Of a stretch of DNA of 64,000 nt, positions 1-9,948 are shown piece after piece. Position 1 is the stretch's first letter. Each line of letters starts with the position of its first letter. Both the position numbers and the translations under genes were made by a program. The stretch is taken from NCBI GenBank assembly GCA_005878525.1, contig VBMB01000135.1:39-64038 (forward strand), given 5' to 3'. Below the pieces are notes generated by a model. It saw only the letters and a program-made list of their open reading frames with translations. It was not told the DNA's origin and made no database searches. Origin of the DNA: Methanobacteriota archaeon. GTDB lineage: Archaea; Thermoplasmatota; Thermoplasmata; RBG-16-68-12.

Positions 1-184
1 CGTTGCGGACGTACGTCTCGTTCACCACCGTCGCCGTCATGAGGCCGCGACCCGCCGCTTCCCAGAAGCTCATCGCGTCCGCCTGGACGTGGGCCGTCGG
101 TCGGCCGAGTTGCAGCGAGCCGACCGCAACGAGTGCCCCAACGAGGAGAATTACGACTGTACCCTTCGGCGAAAAGACTCTCAT
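1..184 (-). CDS. Secreted protein of unknown function; only the N-terminal 61 codons are in the window (MRVFSPKGTVVILLVGALVAVGSLQLG...) and the 3' end lies beyond the window start
   Basis: Reverse-complement reading from ATG at 184..182 gives a positively charged n-region, a hydrophobic h-region and an AxA-like site. Not in the ORF track because it is incomplete. Confidence 0.4.
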   Translation of the reverse strand, partial: MRVFSPKGTVVILLVGALVAVGSLQLGRPTAHVQADAMSFWEAAGRGLMTATVVNETYVRN

Positions 185-354
185 CCCGCCCCGATCCGCT
201 CTGTTAATCGAACACATGAAATCGAGTTTGCTTAAGGGTGCCGGCACAATTCTCAGATGTTTCGCAGCGTGATTTTCAATCGTGATAAGATCGTCTGGAG
301 GGCCCAAAATGGCCGCGACGATGCCTTGAAGTCGCCTCCGGCGCTCCCTCGGCC

Positions 355-1362
355 GTGCTCGTCTACGATCCTCGGTTCCTCGACCACGTATCCTCGCCCC
401 TCCATGTGGAGCGGCCGGATCGCCTCCGGTCCATCGTTTCTCACCTAGAACGAGAGGGCCTCTTCACCGACGTCGAGGGGGCGCTCCCTGCGACGGTCGC
501 GGAAGTGAAGCGGGTCCATCGGGAAACGTATATCGAATACTTCCAGAACCTCGGCGAAGGGCTGCTTGATCCCGAGACGGCCGTGCACCCGGGGACGTTC
601 GACCTCGCGCTCCTCGCGGCGGGGGCGGTCCTTGAGGGGACGCGATCCGCCGTGCGGGACGGCCGACCGGCAGTCGCACTCGTACGACCTCCGGGCCATC
701 ACGCGGGCCCCGACTACGGAGGCGGCTTCTGCTACCTGAACAACATCGCGGTCGCGGCCGCGGACCAGGTGGCCGCGGGAAGGCGCGTCGCCATCCTAGA
801 CTATGACGCCCATCACGGAAACGGAACGCGCGACATCTTCGCCGACAGCGCGTCCGTCTTGTATCTCTCCACGCACGAGTACGGAATCTACCCGGGCACG
901 GGTCCCGCCGAGGACGTCGGGACGGGAGAAGGCCGCGGATTCACGGTAAACATCCCATTCTCGGCGGGGTGTGGAGACGCTTCGTACCTCGCGGCTCATG
1001 ACCGGATCGTCGAGCCGATCGTCGAGCAGTTCCGGCCGGATCTGATTCTCGTGAGCCTCGGGGTCGACGCGCACTACCGCGACCCGCTCACGTCGCTCGT
1101 TGTGTCCTCCCCTGGTTATGTGGAACTCTTGACCCGGAGCGCGGCCCTCGCGACCCGTCTCTGCGGGAGCCGATTCGCCGTGGCTCTGGAAGGCGGATAT
1201 CATCTCGATGCGCTGGGCGAGGTGATCGCCGGCGTCGTCGCCCGCCTCCGCGGACGATCGATTTCGCTGGCGCTTTCCGAGGTCCTCGATGACACGGGTC
1301 GTGGCGGTCCCGCCATCGAGGCGACGATTCGAGCCCATCGTCCATTCTGGAACCTACGTTGA
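355..1362 (+). CDS. Histone deacetylase / acetoin utilization (AcuC) family deacetylase
   Basis: GTG start. HDAC-family motifs are present: RPPGHHA, DYDAHHGNGT, EGGY. Confidence 0.8.
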   Translation: MLVYDPRFLDHVSSPLHVERPDRLRSIVSHLEREGLFTDVEGALPATVAEVKRVHRETYIEYFQNLGEGLLDPETAVHPGTFDLALLAAGAVLEGTRSAVRDGRPAVALVRPPGHHAGPDYGGGFCYLNNIAVAAADQVAAGRRVAILDYDAHHGNGTRDIFADSASVLYLSTHEYGIYPGTGPAEDVGTGEGRGFTVNIPFSAGCGDASYLAAHDRIVEPIVEQFRPDLILVSLGVDAHYRDPLTSLVVSSPGYVELLTRSAALATRLCGSRFAVALEGGYHLDALGEVIAGVVARLRGRSISLALSEVLDDTGRGGPAIEATIRAHRPFWNLR

Positions 1363-2505
1363 CTGGTGGTGCCGCTTCCGCTCCGTGACCTTGCGCTCCT
1401 TCTCTTTGACGATCCGCTTGTAGAGCGTGTCCAGGAGCTTCGTCAGGGCGACCCGGAGGTCCCAGTCGAACTCGTGCGCGTAGTAGATCCGGTGAGCCGT
1501 CGTGAAGCGCGCCCGGATGGAGTACTTCCAGCGGTCGCCCTCCGGCTTGTACTTCTGGAAATGGATCGTGAGGGTTCGAGGCTGTACGAGCGGCGCGATG
1601 CGACGCATCTCCTTCTGGATGACGGCGTAAATCTCGTCGTACGCTTCTTTCGGCTCGTCCTCGAGCCCGCCGATTTCCACGAAGAGCTGCTCTCGCTCCC
1701 GGAGTCCCGCGAGGAACTGCATGAGGTCCTGCGACGTGATGATCCCCACGGGCTCGTCTTTGTCCGTCACGATGATCGAGGAGACGTGGTGCTTGGCCAT
1801 CAGCTCCGCCGCGCGCTGCACGTCGGCGTCGGGCCCGACGATGAGCGGCGGGTAACGCATGACGCTTTTCACTTCGATGACGGCCTTCTCCTCGCGGCCC
1901 GCGCGGTCTCCGTACTGCTCGCGGACTTTCGGGCGGGAGAACAGGTCGACGACATCCTTCAGCCCGACCACGCCCCTCAGATGGCGGTGCTTGTCGACGA
2001 CCGGTACGGAGCGTTCGCCGAGGGACCGCATGATCTGCACCGCGTGCTCGACCGTGTCGTCCTCCGCCACGGCCTGCGGGTTCGGTGTCATGAAGTCCCG
2101 CACGATGACGCCCTCCAGGGCCCGCGTCTCGACGAGGGCGCGGACGATGTCTGATCGGGAGATGATTCCGACGAGCGCCTTCCCCTTGACGACGGGGATC
2201 GCACGGAACCCGGCCGAGATCATCTTCTCCGCGGCTTCGGGAAGCGGGGTCTCCGGACTGATTTGTGGCGGGATTTCAAGGACCGTTGATACTTTCGTGG
2301 CCGGGGGGAGATTGCGTCGCCGCATCAGCTCGCGCATCGTGACGACGCCGACGAGCTTCTTGCGTTCGATGACCGGGAGTTCGTGGATGTCGTTCGATTT
2401 CATCTTGCCGAGGACGTCCCCGAGCGTCTCGTCCGGGCTCGCGGTCACGAGGTCCGAGGACATGAAGTCGAACACCCGGAGGTCCTGGATTTTGTTCCGC
2501 TTCAT
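1354..2505 (-). CDS. CBS-domain protein (tandem CBS pairs plus a C-terminal domain)
   Basis: Repeated CBS signatures (VMT..ELM, GIISRSDIV, VGIITSQDLM). Start trimmed to the MKRNKIQDL ATG at 2505..2503. Confidence 0.75.
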   Translation of the reverse strand: MKRNKIQDLRVFDFMSSDLVTASPDETLGDVLGKMKSNDIHELPVIERKKLVGVVTMRELMRRRNLPPATKVSTVLEIPPQISPETPLPEAAEKMISAGFRAIPVVKGKALVGIISRSDIVRALVETRALEGVIVRDFMTPNPQAVAEDDTVEHAVQIMRSLGERSVPVVDKHRHLRGVVGLKDVVDLFSRPKVREQYGDRAGREEKAVIEVKSVMRYPPLIVGPDADVQRAAELMAKHHVSSIIVTDKDEPVGIITSQDLMQFLAGLREREQLFVEIGGLEDEPKEAYDEIYAVIQKEMRRIAPLVQPRTLTIHFQKYKPEGDRWKYSIRARFTTAHRIYYAHEFDWDLRVALTKLLDTLYKRIVKEKERKVTERKRHHQST

Positions 2506-2637
2506 GGAAGAACCCGCCCGCCGGGAGAGAGCGATAGCGGGCTGGCGTATAAGAAAAGTGCGGCGACCCGTTGCCGAAACCGGCGAAACCAGAACTCGAG
2601 AGAGAGCTGCCGGCAAGACCTAGAACGGCCGCCGCGG

Positions 2638-3411
2638 CTACGGCTTCCGGGCTTCGATGATGAAGCGGCTCTCGGTGAGCGCGACTCCGTCCGGTGTCGT
2701 GAGCCGCTCCTCGACTCGGCGAAGCGGGGCGAGATCTCGCCCTAGTGGATTAAAATCAGGAATCGTCCAAGGCGAGACGCAGAGCAGATAGACGAGCTCG
2801 CCGAGTCCGCGGTACGCCACGCGGATGTCACGCGTTTCGGCTCGAGCGACGATCATTCCCGCTCGCCGGAATCCCCGCGCATATCGATCCAGGAGCGGGC
2901 CGAAGTCTTGCATCCGGGGGAAGAACGGTCGCAGTTCATTCCACTCGTTGCGGCCAATTTGCTGCGTGTAGACCGTTCCTCCCGGTGCGAGGACTCGATG
3001 GACCTCGTCGGGATCCATCTCCTCGTGCCGATCGAGGACGAGATCGAACGCATCATCCTGAAACGGGAGGCGGAGGCTGTGGGCGCGAACCACCTCGATC
3101 CGCAGATCCGACAGCGCTCGTTTGGCAATCGGCGCGTTGACGGCCCACGGCTCCGAGGCGACCGCACGTCCGCGGTACGCGTCGCAAAGTTCTGCCAACA
3201 GTTCGCCGCCACCCGTTCCCACGTCGAGCGCATACGAGGCGCGTGCCAGGAGCTCCTTCGCCCGTCGTTTGTAATCCCACGGCAGCCCGGGTCCGATTCG
3301 TTTCGACGAAACGCGCTCAAGATTCCATCCGACGAACGCCCGGGCGCGTTCGACGTACGGTCGGAGGCGATCGATGGAATCTGAATCCGCCTCTCGAGCG
3401 GCTCCCGGCAT
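2638..3411 (-). CDS. Class I SAM-dependent methyltransferase
   Basis: Motif I LDVGTGGGELL and post-I acidic motif DLVLD. Start set at MPGAARE (ATG 3411..3409); the upstream part of the ORF is low-complexity and overlaps acyP. Confidence 0.7.
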   Translation of the reverse strand: MPGAAREADSDSIDRLRPYVERARAFVGWNLERVSSKRIGPGLPWDYKRRAKELLARASYALDVGTGGGELLAELCDAYRGRAVASEPWAVNAPIAKRALSDLRIEVVRAHSLRLPFQDDAFDLVLDRHEEMDPDEVHRVLAPGGTVYTQQIGRNEWNELRPFFPRMQDFGPLLDRYARGFRRAGMIVARAETRDIRVAYRGLGELVYLLCVSPWTIPDFNPLGRDLAPLRRVEERLTTPDGVALTESRFIIEARKP

Positions 3412-3474
3412 CGTCTGCTCGAATCGCCAGTCGCCACGATAAAGTTCTTTCTCGTCGTCTCGTTTCGCGTCGCG

Positions 3475-3750
3475 GTGAAAGTCCGCGCGGTCGTCGTGTT
3501 TCTCGGACGCGTGCAAGGGGTCAACTTTCGAGCGTATTGTGCGGAGAAGGCGGAGTCGCTGGGACTTGACGGGTACGTCGAGAACCGATGGGATGGAAGT
3601 GTGGAGGCGGTCTTCGAAGGCGATCGGTCCATGATTGAGACGTGCATCGAGTGGAACAAGACGTCCCAACCCTACGCAAGGGTCGAATCGGTCGAGGTGT
3701 CGTGGTCCGATCCGAAGGGAGAATTCCGCGGTTTTCGCGTCCGGCGGTAG
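3475..3750 (+). CDS. acyP: Acylphosphatase
   Basis: 91 aa with the canonical VxGxVQGVNFR and GYVxN..GSVE signatures. Confidence 0.85.
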   Translation: MKVRAVVVFLGRVQGVNFRAYCAEKAESLGLDGYVENRWDGSVEAVFEGDRSMIETCIEWNKTSQPYARVESVEVSWSDPKGEFRGFRVRR

Positions 3751-3798
3751 CGGAGACGAGGAAGTGGAAGCTCGGCATCACAAACTGGCACGATGCGA

Positions 3799-4632
3799 TT
3801 AGTTGATCTGGATGCGGTAGGTCCTTTCCGGCAAATCGTGGTGGATCGACCAAGCCTGCTCGGTTGTGAGCGACCCTCTCTCCAGCCAGGCCTTGGTCTT
3901 CTTCGGTACGGTCGCGGGTCCCAAGACGGCCCCGGGCCGGCGCGGATCGTCGATGTAATCGGTTTCCAGGAGGAATGGGGAGCCGCCTTTCAGAGCCTGC
4001 ACCACGAGCTGTTCCTTGGCCAGAATCGAAGGCACGAGTCCCGAGGTGTCCTCGCGTCGCGTGAAGGGCGTCGAATGATGCTTCACGACGTACTTGGGGT
4101 CGAGCCCCGCCCTCGCGGCCATTCTCGCGAATTCCGCGAACGTCGTCGGGGTCGGATCCTCGGTATGCAAGACGACCGCGCATTCGAGGCTCTTGGCCTG
4201 AGCCATCGCATACACGACAAGGTCGTTACAGGCCCGGATGATGTCCTCGCCGACGGGAAAGTGCGGTCTCCCGATTTCGCCGAAGGCGACGGCCCTCCCC
4301 TGGCGAATGTCGTTCGCGGCAAGGTCGATCGCATGTTTCATCGCATCCGTCGCAGATTCGTGGCCGAGCGTTTCCCGCAACTGGATGAACTCGACCGGAT
4401 ACGGACCCAGCGCGACGAACACTTGGAGGTGAGTGGCGGCCCGGACGGCGTCGGCCATGGCCAGCGTCAAGCCGTACGCCTTTTCGTAATCGGCCGCGCG
4501 GGTAATCGGCACCTCGGCGTATGGGCTGTGAGTGAGCAGGATCGCGGTGCCGCCCGACTTCTCGAATGTCTTCGCGGCCTCGACGCCTTTGAAGCTCGCA
4601 CGCAGATGGATGTGGTTGTCGAAGATGGCCAC
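3799..4632 (-). CDS. TatD-related metal-dependent hydrolase (TIM-barrel)
   Basis: N-terminal IFDNHIHL metal-binding motif; conserved His/Glu/Asp spacing consistent with the TatD/amidohydrolase superfamily. Confidence 0.6.
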   Translation of the reverse strand: MAIFDNHIHLRASFKGVEAAKTFEKSGGTAILLTHSPYAEVPITRAADYEKAYGLTLAMADAVRAATHLQVFVALGPYPVEFIQLRETLGHESATDAMKHAIDLAANDIRQGRAVAFGEIGRPHFPVGEDIIRACNDLVVYAMAQAKSLECAVVLHTEDPTPTTFAEFARMAARAGLDPKYVVKHHSTPFTRREDTSGLVPSILAKEQLVVQALKGGSPFLLETDYIDDPRRPGAVLGPATVPKKTKAWLERGSLTTEQAWSIHHDLPERTYRIQIN

Positions 4633-4656
4633 GCCTCGCCAAACGAGGGCGGTCTC

Positions 4657-5121
4657 TTAGGCTTTCCCGGTTCCGGGCCGAGTCGCGGGAGGGACGTTGA
4701 TGCGTGCTTGGAGCGCGCGGTTCATCTCCTCGAATCCTCGGCGGGCGTCACGATTGAGGCTCCGAGCCAGGAGGGGGACGAGCAGACCGCGGAATTGCTC
4801 CCGCTGAATGAACCGAGTGCGCATCGATCCGAGGGGTTCGATTTGAAAAATGTGTTCGCCGTCGAAGAGTCGAGGAAGGCCGAGGCGGCCCAGCCATCGC
4901 AGCTCGCGGTTCGGGATGACCGCCTTGACGGTGGGTCGAAATCGCATCGGCCGGGTCCCCGTCGCCCCGATGAGCACGTCGAGTCGCGAGCCGACCTGCA
5001 TCTTGCCATGGATCCGCCGGATGAACGGGTTCCACTCCGGGAACCTCTCGAAATCGGTCAGGATTTCCCACACGCGTTCGACTGGCGCGTCGATCTCAAC
5101 CTCGGTTCGAAGATCTAACAT
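4657..5121 (-). CDS. SRPBCC (START / polyketide cyclase-like) family protein
   Basis: 154 aa; the ERVWEILTDFERFPEWNP pattern is typical of SRPBCC proteins. Confidence 0.65.
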   Translation of the reverse strand: MLDLRTEVEIDAPVERVWEILTDFERFPEWNPFIRRIHGKMQVGSRLDVLIGATGTRPMRFRPTVKAVIPNRELRWLGRLGLPRLFDGEHIFQIEPLGSMRTRFIQREQFRGLLVPLLARSLNRDARRGFEEMNRALQARINVPPATRPGTGKA

Positions 5122-5125
5122 CGCG

Positions 5126-5674
5126 CTAGCGGAGCAGCCCGGCGGCCTTCAGCTCCTGCGTAATCTTCTCAACGGCCTCCTCGACATCCGAGGGCTTCCG
5201 GGCGCCCGTGCACACGAGCTTGCCGCTCCCGAACAGGAGGACGACCACCTTTGGCACGTCGATCCGGTACACGAGGCCGGGGAACTGCTCCGGCTCGTAC
5301 TCGACCTTCTCGAGGCCGAGAGAGATCGCGATCGCGTTCAGGTTGATTTCAGTCCCGAGGTCCGACGAGGCGACGATGTTCTGGACCTCGATCACCGGGT
5401 TCTTCTTGATCGGGATGCCGGCCGCCTCGATCTGTTTCGCGACCATGTCGATTGCAATCTTGACGTGCTCGAGGCTCTTTGCGCCCGTGCAGACGACTTT
5501 CCCGCTGCGGAACAGGAGCGTCGCCGTCTTGGGTTCCTTCAATCGGTAGATGAGTCCCGGGAACTGTTCCGGCTCGTACTCCGCCCCTCCGAGGGCGAGG
5601 GCGATCGCCTGGAGGTCGAGTTCCTCTCCCAGGGACGTCGAGGCGACGACGTTCTCAATCTTGATTTTGGCCAA
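5126..5674 (-). CDS. tbp: TATA-box binding protein
   Basis: Two direct repeats (IENVVAS..GAKS / IQNIVAS..GARK), 182 aa, classic archaeal TBP. Confidence 0.95.
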   Translation of the reverse strand: MAKIKIENVVASTSLGEELDLQAIALALGGAEYEPEQFPGLIYRLKEPKTATLLFRSGKVVCTGAKSLEHVKIAIDMVAKQIEAAGIPIKKNPVIEVQNIVASSDLGTEINLNAIAISLGLEKVEYEPEQFPGLVYRIDVPKVVVLLFGSGKLVCTGARKPSDVEEAVEKITQELKAAGLLR

Positions 5675-5747
5675 AGTTACACCACCTCTCGCTGTGGCCT
5701 CGAGAGCCGCAACGGGGTTGAGTACTAGAGGGGAGTCAAAGAGTAGT

Positions 5748-6710
5748 TTATAAGGTTTGGTCGCGAACGTTCGCCCCCGAGACCGCGCGGAAGGCCGCCT
5801 CCTTGCCCCGCACGAGCGCGTACAGCGCCGCGTTCAGGGGAACGGGGATCCGATGGCGTCCTGCGGCCCGTACGATTGATCCGGTGATCGCGTCGATTTC
5901 TGTTCGATGGTGCCGGTCCAAGTCTTGGAGCATACTCGCCCGGTTCGCGGCGGTCCGCTTCGCGACGAGGATCGTGCGATGTCGCAACTCCTGTTCATCG
6001 ACGTGCGCGCCTTCGGCCTTCGCGACCGCGGTCGCCTCGCGGCACACATTCTCGATGAGGCCCACAAGGCGCTTGTCCCGTACGAGCCGCCCGTTCGGGA
6101 CCTCCGCAAGAGCGGCAATCGGATTGATTGATGCGTTCACGACGAGCTTGGACCACAGTTCTGTTTGAATGTCACTCGTCACGCTCGCGACGATTCCAAC
6201 GTCCGCGAGGAGATCCCGCAAGCGGACGAGGTCCGATTCGTCGACGCGAGTCCACGCGCCAAGTACAGTTTCGCCGACGCCGGCATGCCGGATCTCGCCC
6301 GGGCCGACGAACGTGACGCCGTGCGCCGTTGTGCCCGCGACGACGCGCCGTGCGGCCTTCTCGATTGTCTCGGCGTTCCCGAGACCATTTTGAAGCGTCA
6401 CGAAGATCGCGCGGTCGGCGAAGGGACGCAACGCAATCATCGCGTTCGCGGTATCGTACGACTTCGTCGTGATGAACACGAAGTCCGGTTTCGCGTTCTG
6501 CGGCACGCGGGTTGCGGCGCGCGGTTTCGCAATAATCGCCGTCTTTCCACGAACTCGAAGGCCGTGGGATTTGATCGCCGAAATGTGCTCCGCCCTCCCG
6601 ATGAGAGTCACATTGTGCCGTTGAGAAAGAAGGCCTCCGAAGAAGCTTCCCATCGCGCCCGCACCGAACACCAAGATTTCCACGGCGCGTGTGATGCGGA
6701 TGCACTCCAA
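5748..6710 (-). CDS. panE: 2-dehydropantoate 2-reductase (ketopantoate reductase)
   Basis: Rossmann motif ILVFGAGAMG, and the ApbA/PanE C-terminal domain with conserved K and E positions. The true start may be the GTG near 6683. Confidence 0.8.
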   Translation of the reverse strand: MECIRITRAVEILVFGAGAMGSFFGGLLSQRHNVTLIGRAEHISAIKSHGLRVRGKTAIIAKPRAATRVPQNAKPDFVFITTKSYDTANAMIALRPFADRAIFVTLQNGLGNAETIEKAARRVVAGTTAHGVTFVGPGEIRHAGVGETVLGAWTRVDESDLVRLRDLLADVGIVASVTSDIQTELWSKLVVNASINPIAALAEVPNGRLVRDKRLVGLIENVCREATAVAKAEGAHVDEQELRHRTILVAKRTAANRASMLQDLDRHHRTEIDAITGSIVRAAGRHRIPVPLNAALYALVRGKEAAFRAVSGANVRDQTL

Positions 6711-6915
6711 AACGGTTTCGCTGCATGCTTCGCATCTTCTCCTTTTTATATAAATCGTAGAATGGACGAATTTTTGTCGCTTCGCTACTTTTAAGACCCC
6801 TTTTGACTATACAGAAAATAGGGAGGAAAGAAGTGGCCAAGAAAAAGAAGGGCAAGAAAAAGAAGAGATAGGCGCTTGCCCGGCCAGCCCTCGCGATGAT
6901 TTGTCGCTCGGCGAC

Positions 6916-7992
6916 TCATCGCGTCGCACCCTTTTCCCGTTTTTCATTCCTCTTATTCCTTTTCATCTCCCGGCCAATTCGATCTGCGATCTTCAGCGGT
7001 TCGGGATATCTGCGGAGGGTTGACGCGCGAACCACTTCGAGCGCGCGATCCAGAGAGATGCGGTGGCCGACGGAGACAAAGTTCGGCCGCTCGCAGCCCG
7101 GCGGAGTCCACGCGTATCCGCGGACCTGACCTCGGAATTCGATCGCCGTCACACCTGAGGGCGAATGGCCTCTCTTCGTCACACGACCAACCAGCGGGTG
7201 CTTCGCCACGCCGATCGTCGGAAGGTCGAGTCGTACTCCCACGTAGCACGCGATTCCGAAGAGAGCGGGATGCAGACGGCCGTGACCGTCAACGAGGAGG
7301 ACGTCCGGTCGCTGATTGAGGCGACGAACGGCTGCCTCGATTCCCGGAAACTCGCGATAAGCCAGGTATGTCGGGATATACGGAAAATCGACGTGATGCC
7401 TTACCGCGGCAATGTCGATTGGATTGAGATCCTTTAGGTCGACGCATGCGGCCACGACATACATCGCATCTCCGTCATAGCCTGCGTCGACGCCGGCGAT
7501 GCGTTCGAATTGTCGGCCCGTGTCCAGTTCGACGACGCGGTCGCTGAGCTTCCGTTGCTCGTCTCGGAGCGTGGTGAGAAGGCCGACGGGTTGCAACACG
7601 TCAAGGATGCGTCCCGATGAGACACGCCCACGCACTAGCTGGAAACCCTCTCGCTCGAGTTCCGATGATGCGGATACGAGAACCGGACGGCCATCCGCGC
7701 GGACGACGCGGTGGCTCCCCGCCGTGTCCGGATGAGTGTTCAACCATGTGGCCACCGATCGGGCCGCCCGAATGTCGCCCAACGCCCGCGCGATGGCTCC
7801 GCACGTCGCCACGCGGCCGGGTCCGACTTGATCGAGGCATTCTTGAAGAGCCTTCGAGAAATCGACGTCCACGCGCGCACAGGGACTTGCGTCCGCAATA
7901 CTCTTGCCATTTCCAGGATTCGCAACGGCAACCATTCCCGTCTCTCCGATTGCGCGGGAAGCCGCGAAAACCCTTTCTACGGCTCGTCCCAT
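6916..7992 (-). CDS. nfi: Endonuclease V fused to an N-terminal MGMT-like (Ada/Ogt C-terminal) domain; the position equivalent to the catalytic Cys of PCHRV is Ser (GSHRVV)
   Basis: EndoV motifs GVDAGYDGD, HPALFGIACYVG and PTIGVAKH. The N-terminus carries the MGMT HTH region (ATCGAIARALG) followed by SHRVV. Start set at MGRAVERV (ATG 7992..7990); the first about 95 codons of the listed ORF are low-complexity and overlap mtaD. Confidence 0.8.
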   Translation of the reverse strand: MGRAVERVFAASRAIGETGMVAVANPGNGKSIADASPCARVDVDFSKALQECLDQVGPGRVATCGAIARALGDIRAARSVATWLNTHPDTAGSHRVVRADGRPVLVSASSELEREGFQLVRGRVSSGRILDVLQPVGLLTTLRDEQRKLSDRVVELDTGRQFERIAGVDAGYDGDAMYVVAACVDLKDLNPIDIAAVRHHVDFPYIPTYLAYREFPGIEAAVRRLNQRPDVLLVDGHGRLHPALFGIACYVGVRLDLPTIGVAKHPLVGRVTKRGHSPSGVTAIEFRGQVRGYAWTPPGCERPNFVSVGHRISLDRALEVVRASTLRRYPEPLKIADRIGREMKRNKRNEKREKGATR

Positions 7993-8005
7993 CGACGGGC
8001 CACCG

Positions 8006-9292
8006 ATGTCCCTCCTGCTTCGCGGTGGCCTCATTATCACCCAGGACGAAAAGCGTCGGCTCGTGTCCGGTGACCTTCTCGTGGAAGACGGGCGAATTGT
8101 CGCGGTGGGCGAGGCGGATCGCACCGCGGACGAGGTCATCGATTGCTCCGGGTGCGCCGTCCTTCCCGGTTTCATCAACCTCCACCACCACGTCGCGAAC
8201 ACGCTCCTCCGCGGCATTGCGGACGACATGCCGCTCGAAGAGATGCTTCCAAAAGCCTCCGCGATCGACGCGAAGCTCACGCGGCGCGACGTGCAAATCG
8301 GTGCGCTCCTCGGATGCGTCGAGATGATCCGTTCGGGGACGACGAGCTTTCACGACCTGTTTTACTGGGAAGACGAGATCGCGCGGGCCGTGCGCGAATC
8401 GGGGATGCGTGGGTTTCTGTCGTGGGTCACGCTCGATGAGGCCTTCACGACGCAGCACGGCAGCCCGGTGAAGAACGCCGACGCATTCGTCGCGAAGCAG
8501 AAGGGCGATCCTCTCGTCACGCCCTCCGTCGGCGTGCAGGGCGTCTACTCGGCCTCGGAGGAAACCTACACGAAGGCGAAAGAAATCGGCGAGCGACGCG
8601 ATGTCCGACTCCACACGCACCTCTCCGAGACGCGCGGGGAGGTGGAAGCCCATCGCGAGAAGACCGGCCTTCGACCGGTCGAGTGGCTCGAGAAGATCGG
8701 GTTCCTCGGGGAGCGGGTCACCGCGGCGCATTGCGTTTGGGTCACGATGAACGAAGTCCGCGCCCTCGCCCGTTGCGGCACGAGCGTCGCTCATTGCCCG
8801 GTTTCCAACATGAAGCTCGCGGGTGGCGGCGTCGCGCCGGTGCCCGAAATGATCGAAGAAGGCGTCGTCGTCGGCCTCGGGACCGACTCGCCGATCTCGA
8901 ACAACGGGATGGACGTCTTTGCGGACATGAAGGTCGCCGCGCTCCTGCACAAAGCGACCCGGTGGGACGCGCGGGTGATGTCGGCGCAGACCGTCCTCGA
9001 CCTCGCGACGATCCAGGCAGCCCGCGCGTTACACGTCGAACAGGAAATCGGTTCGATCGAGCTCGGGAAGCGTGCGGATCTCGCGGTCGTCTCTCTGAAA
9101 GGCGCCCACACAACTCCTTTTTATCCGGAAACCGTCATCCGGCACCTCGTCTACAGCGGCCGGGGGAGCGATGTGCAAGCGACGATCGTCGATGGCCAGA
9201 TTCTAATGTCGGGGGGCGTCGTGCGAACCGTCGACGAGGCGGACGTCATCGCTCGAGCGCAAGAGACGGCCCGCGAGCTGTTCGAGGCGTGA
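8006..9292 (+). CDS. mtaD: Amidohydrolase, 5-methylthioadenosine/S-adenosylhomocysteine deaminase family
   Basis: Metal-binding HHH motif (INLHHHVANT), HTHLSE and GTDS motifs; 428 aa from the MSLLLRGG ATG at 8006. Confidence 0.8.
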   Translation: MSLLLRGGLIITQDEKRRLVSGDLLVEDGRIVAVGEADRTADEVIDCSGCAVLPGFINLHHHVANTLLRGIADDMPLEEMLPKASAIDAKLTRRDVQIGALLGCVEMIRSGTTSFHDLFYWEDEIARAVRESGMRGFLSWVTLDEAFTTQHGSPVKNADAFVAKQKGDPLVTPSVGVQGVYSASEETYTKAKEIGERRDVRLHTHLSETRGEVEAHREKTGLRPVEWLEKIGFLGERVTAAHCVWVTMNEVRALARCGTSVAHCPVSNMKLAGGGVAPVPEMIEEGVVVGLGTDSPISNNGMDVFADMKVAALLHKATRWDARVMSAQTVLDLATIQAARALHVEQEIGSIELGKRADLAVVSLKGAHTTPFYPETVIRHLVYSGRGSDVQATIVDGQILMSGGVVRTVDEADVIARAQETARELFEA

Positions 9293-9295
9293 GCC

Positions 9296-9946
9296 GTGAT
9301 CGTCGGCGTCGACGAGGCGGGGAGAGGTCCCGTCCTCGGTCCGCTCGTCGTGGCCGGCGTCGCGGTCGAGTCCGACGTCGCGTTGCGCCACATGAACGTC
9401 CGAGATTCGAAGAAACTCTCGCCGGAGAAGCGGGAGGCGCTGGCGCCCGAGATCGAGAAGGTCGCGACCTGGGAGCTCCTCGTGATTCCCGCCGAGGAGA
9501 TCGATATGATGCGCGCGGAGATGTCCCTGAACGACTTCGAGGCGAAGCTCTTCGCTCAGCTCATCGAGCGGCTTCATCCGGAGACTGCCTACGTCGACGC
9601 CGCGGACGTGGACGAGATCGAATTCAAGCGCCGTGTGCAGCGGGAACTGCGTTTCGCCGTCGAGGTCGTCTCCCAGCACAACGCGGACGAGCTCTTCCCG
9701 GTCGTGAGCGCGGCGTCGATCTTGGCGAAAGTCCGCCGAGACCGAGAGATGCGTGCGATCGAGGCCGAAATCGGCGATACGATCGGCTCGGGTTATTCGT
9801 CCGATCCGGACACGATCACGTTCCTGGAAAAGTGGATTAAGAAAAACGGGACGCTGCCGCCGCACACGCGGACCTCGTGGGACACCGCCCGGCGGTTGCT
9901 CGCGGAGTCGCGGAACCGAAAGCTCGATGAATTCGGCGGTCGGTAG
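9296..9946 (+). CDS. rnhB: Ribonuclease HII
   Basis: GVDEAGRGPVLGPLVVAGV N-terminal active-site motif and the DSK motif. Confidence 0.9.
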   Translation: MIVGVDEAGRGPVLGPLVVAGVAVESDVALRHMNVRDSKKLSPEKREALAPEIEKVATWELLVIPAEEIDMMRAEMSLNDFEAKLFAQLIERLHPETAYVDAADVDEIEFKRRVQRELRFAVEVVSQHNADELFPVVSAASILAKVRRDREMRAIEAEIGDTIGSGYSSDPDTITFLEKWIKKNGTLPPHTRTSWDTARRLLAESRNRKLDEFGGR

Positions 9947-9948
9947 CG

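Noticed and set aside
8683-9840. 385-aa plus ORF and 220-aa minus ORF overlapping mtaD and rnhB
   Set aside because: Arg-rich low-complexity products in frames that overlap two clearly homologous genes.
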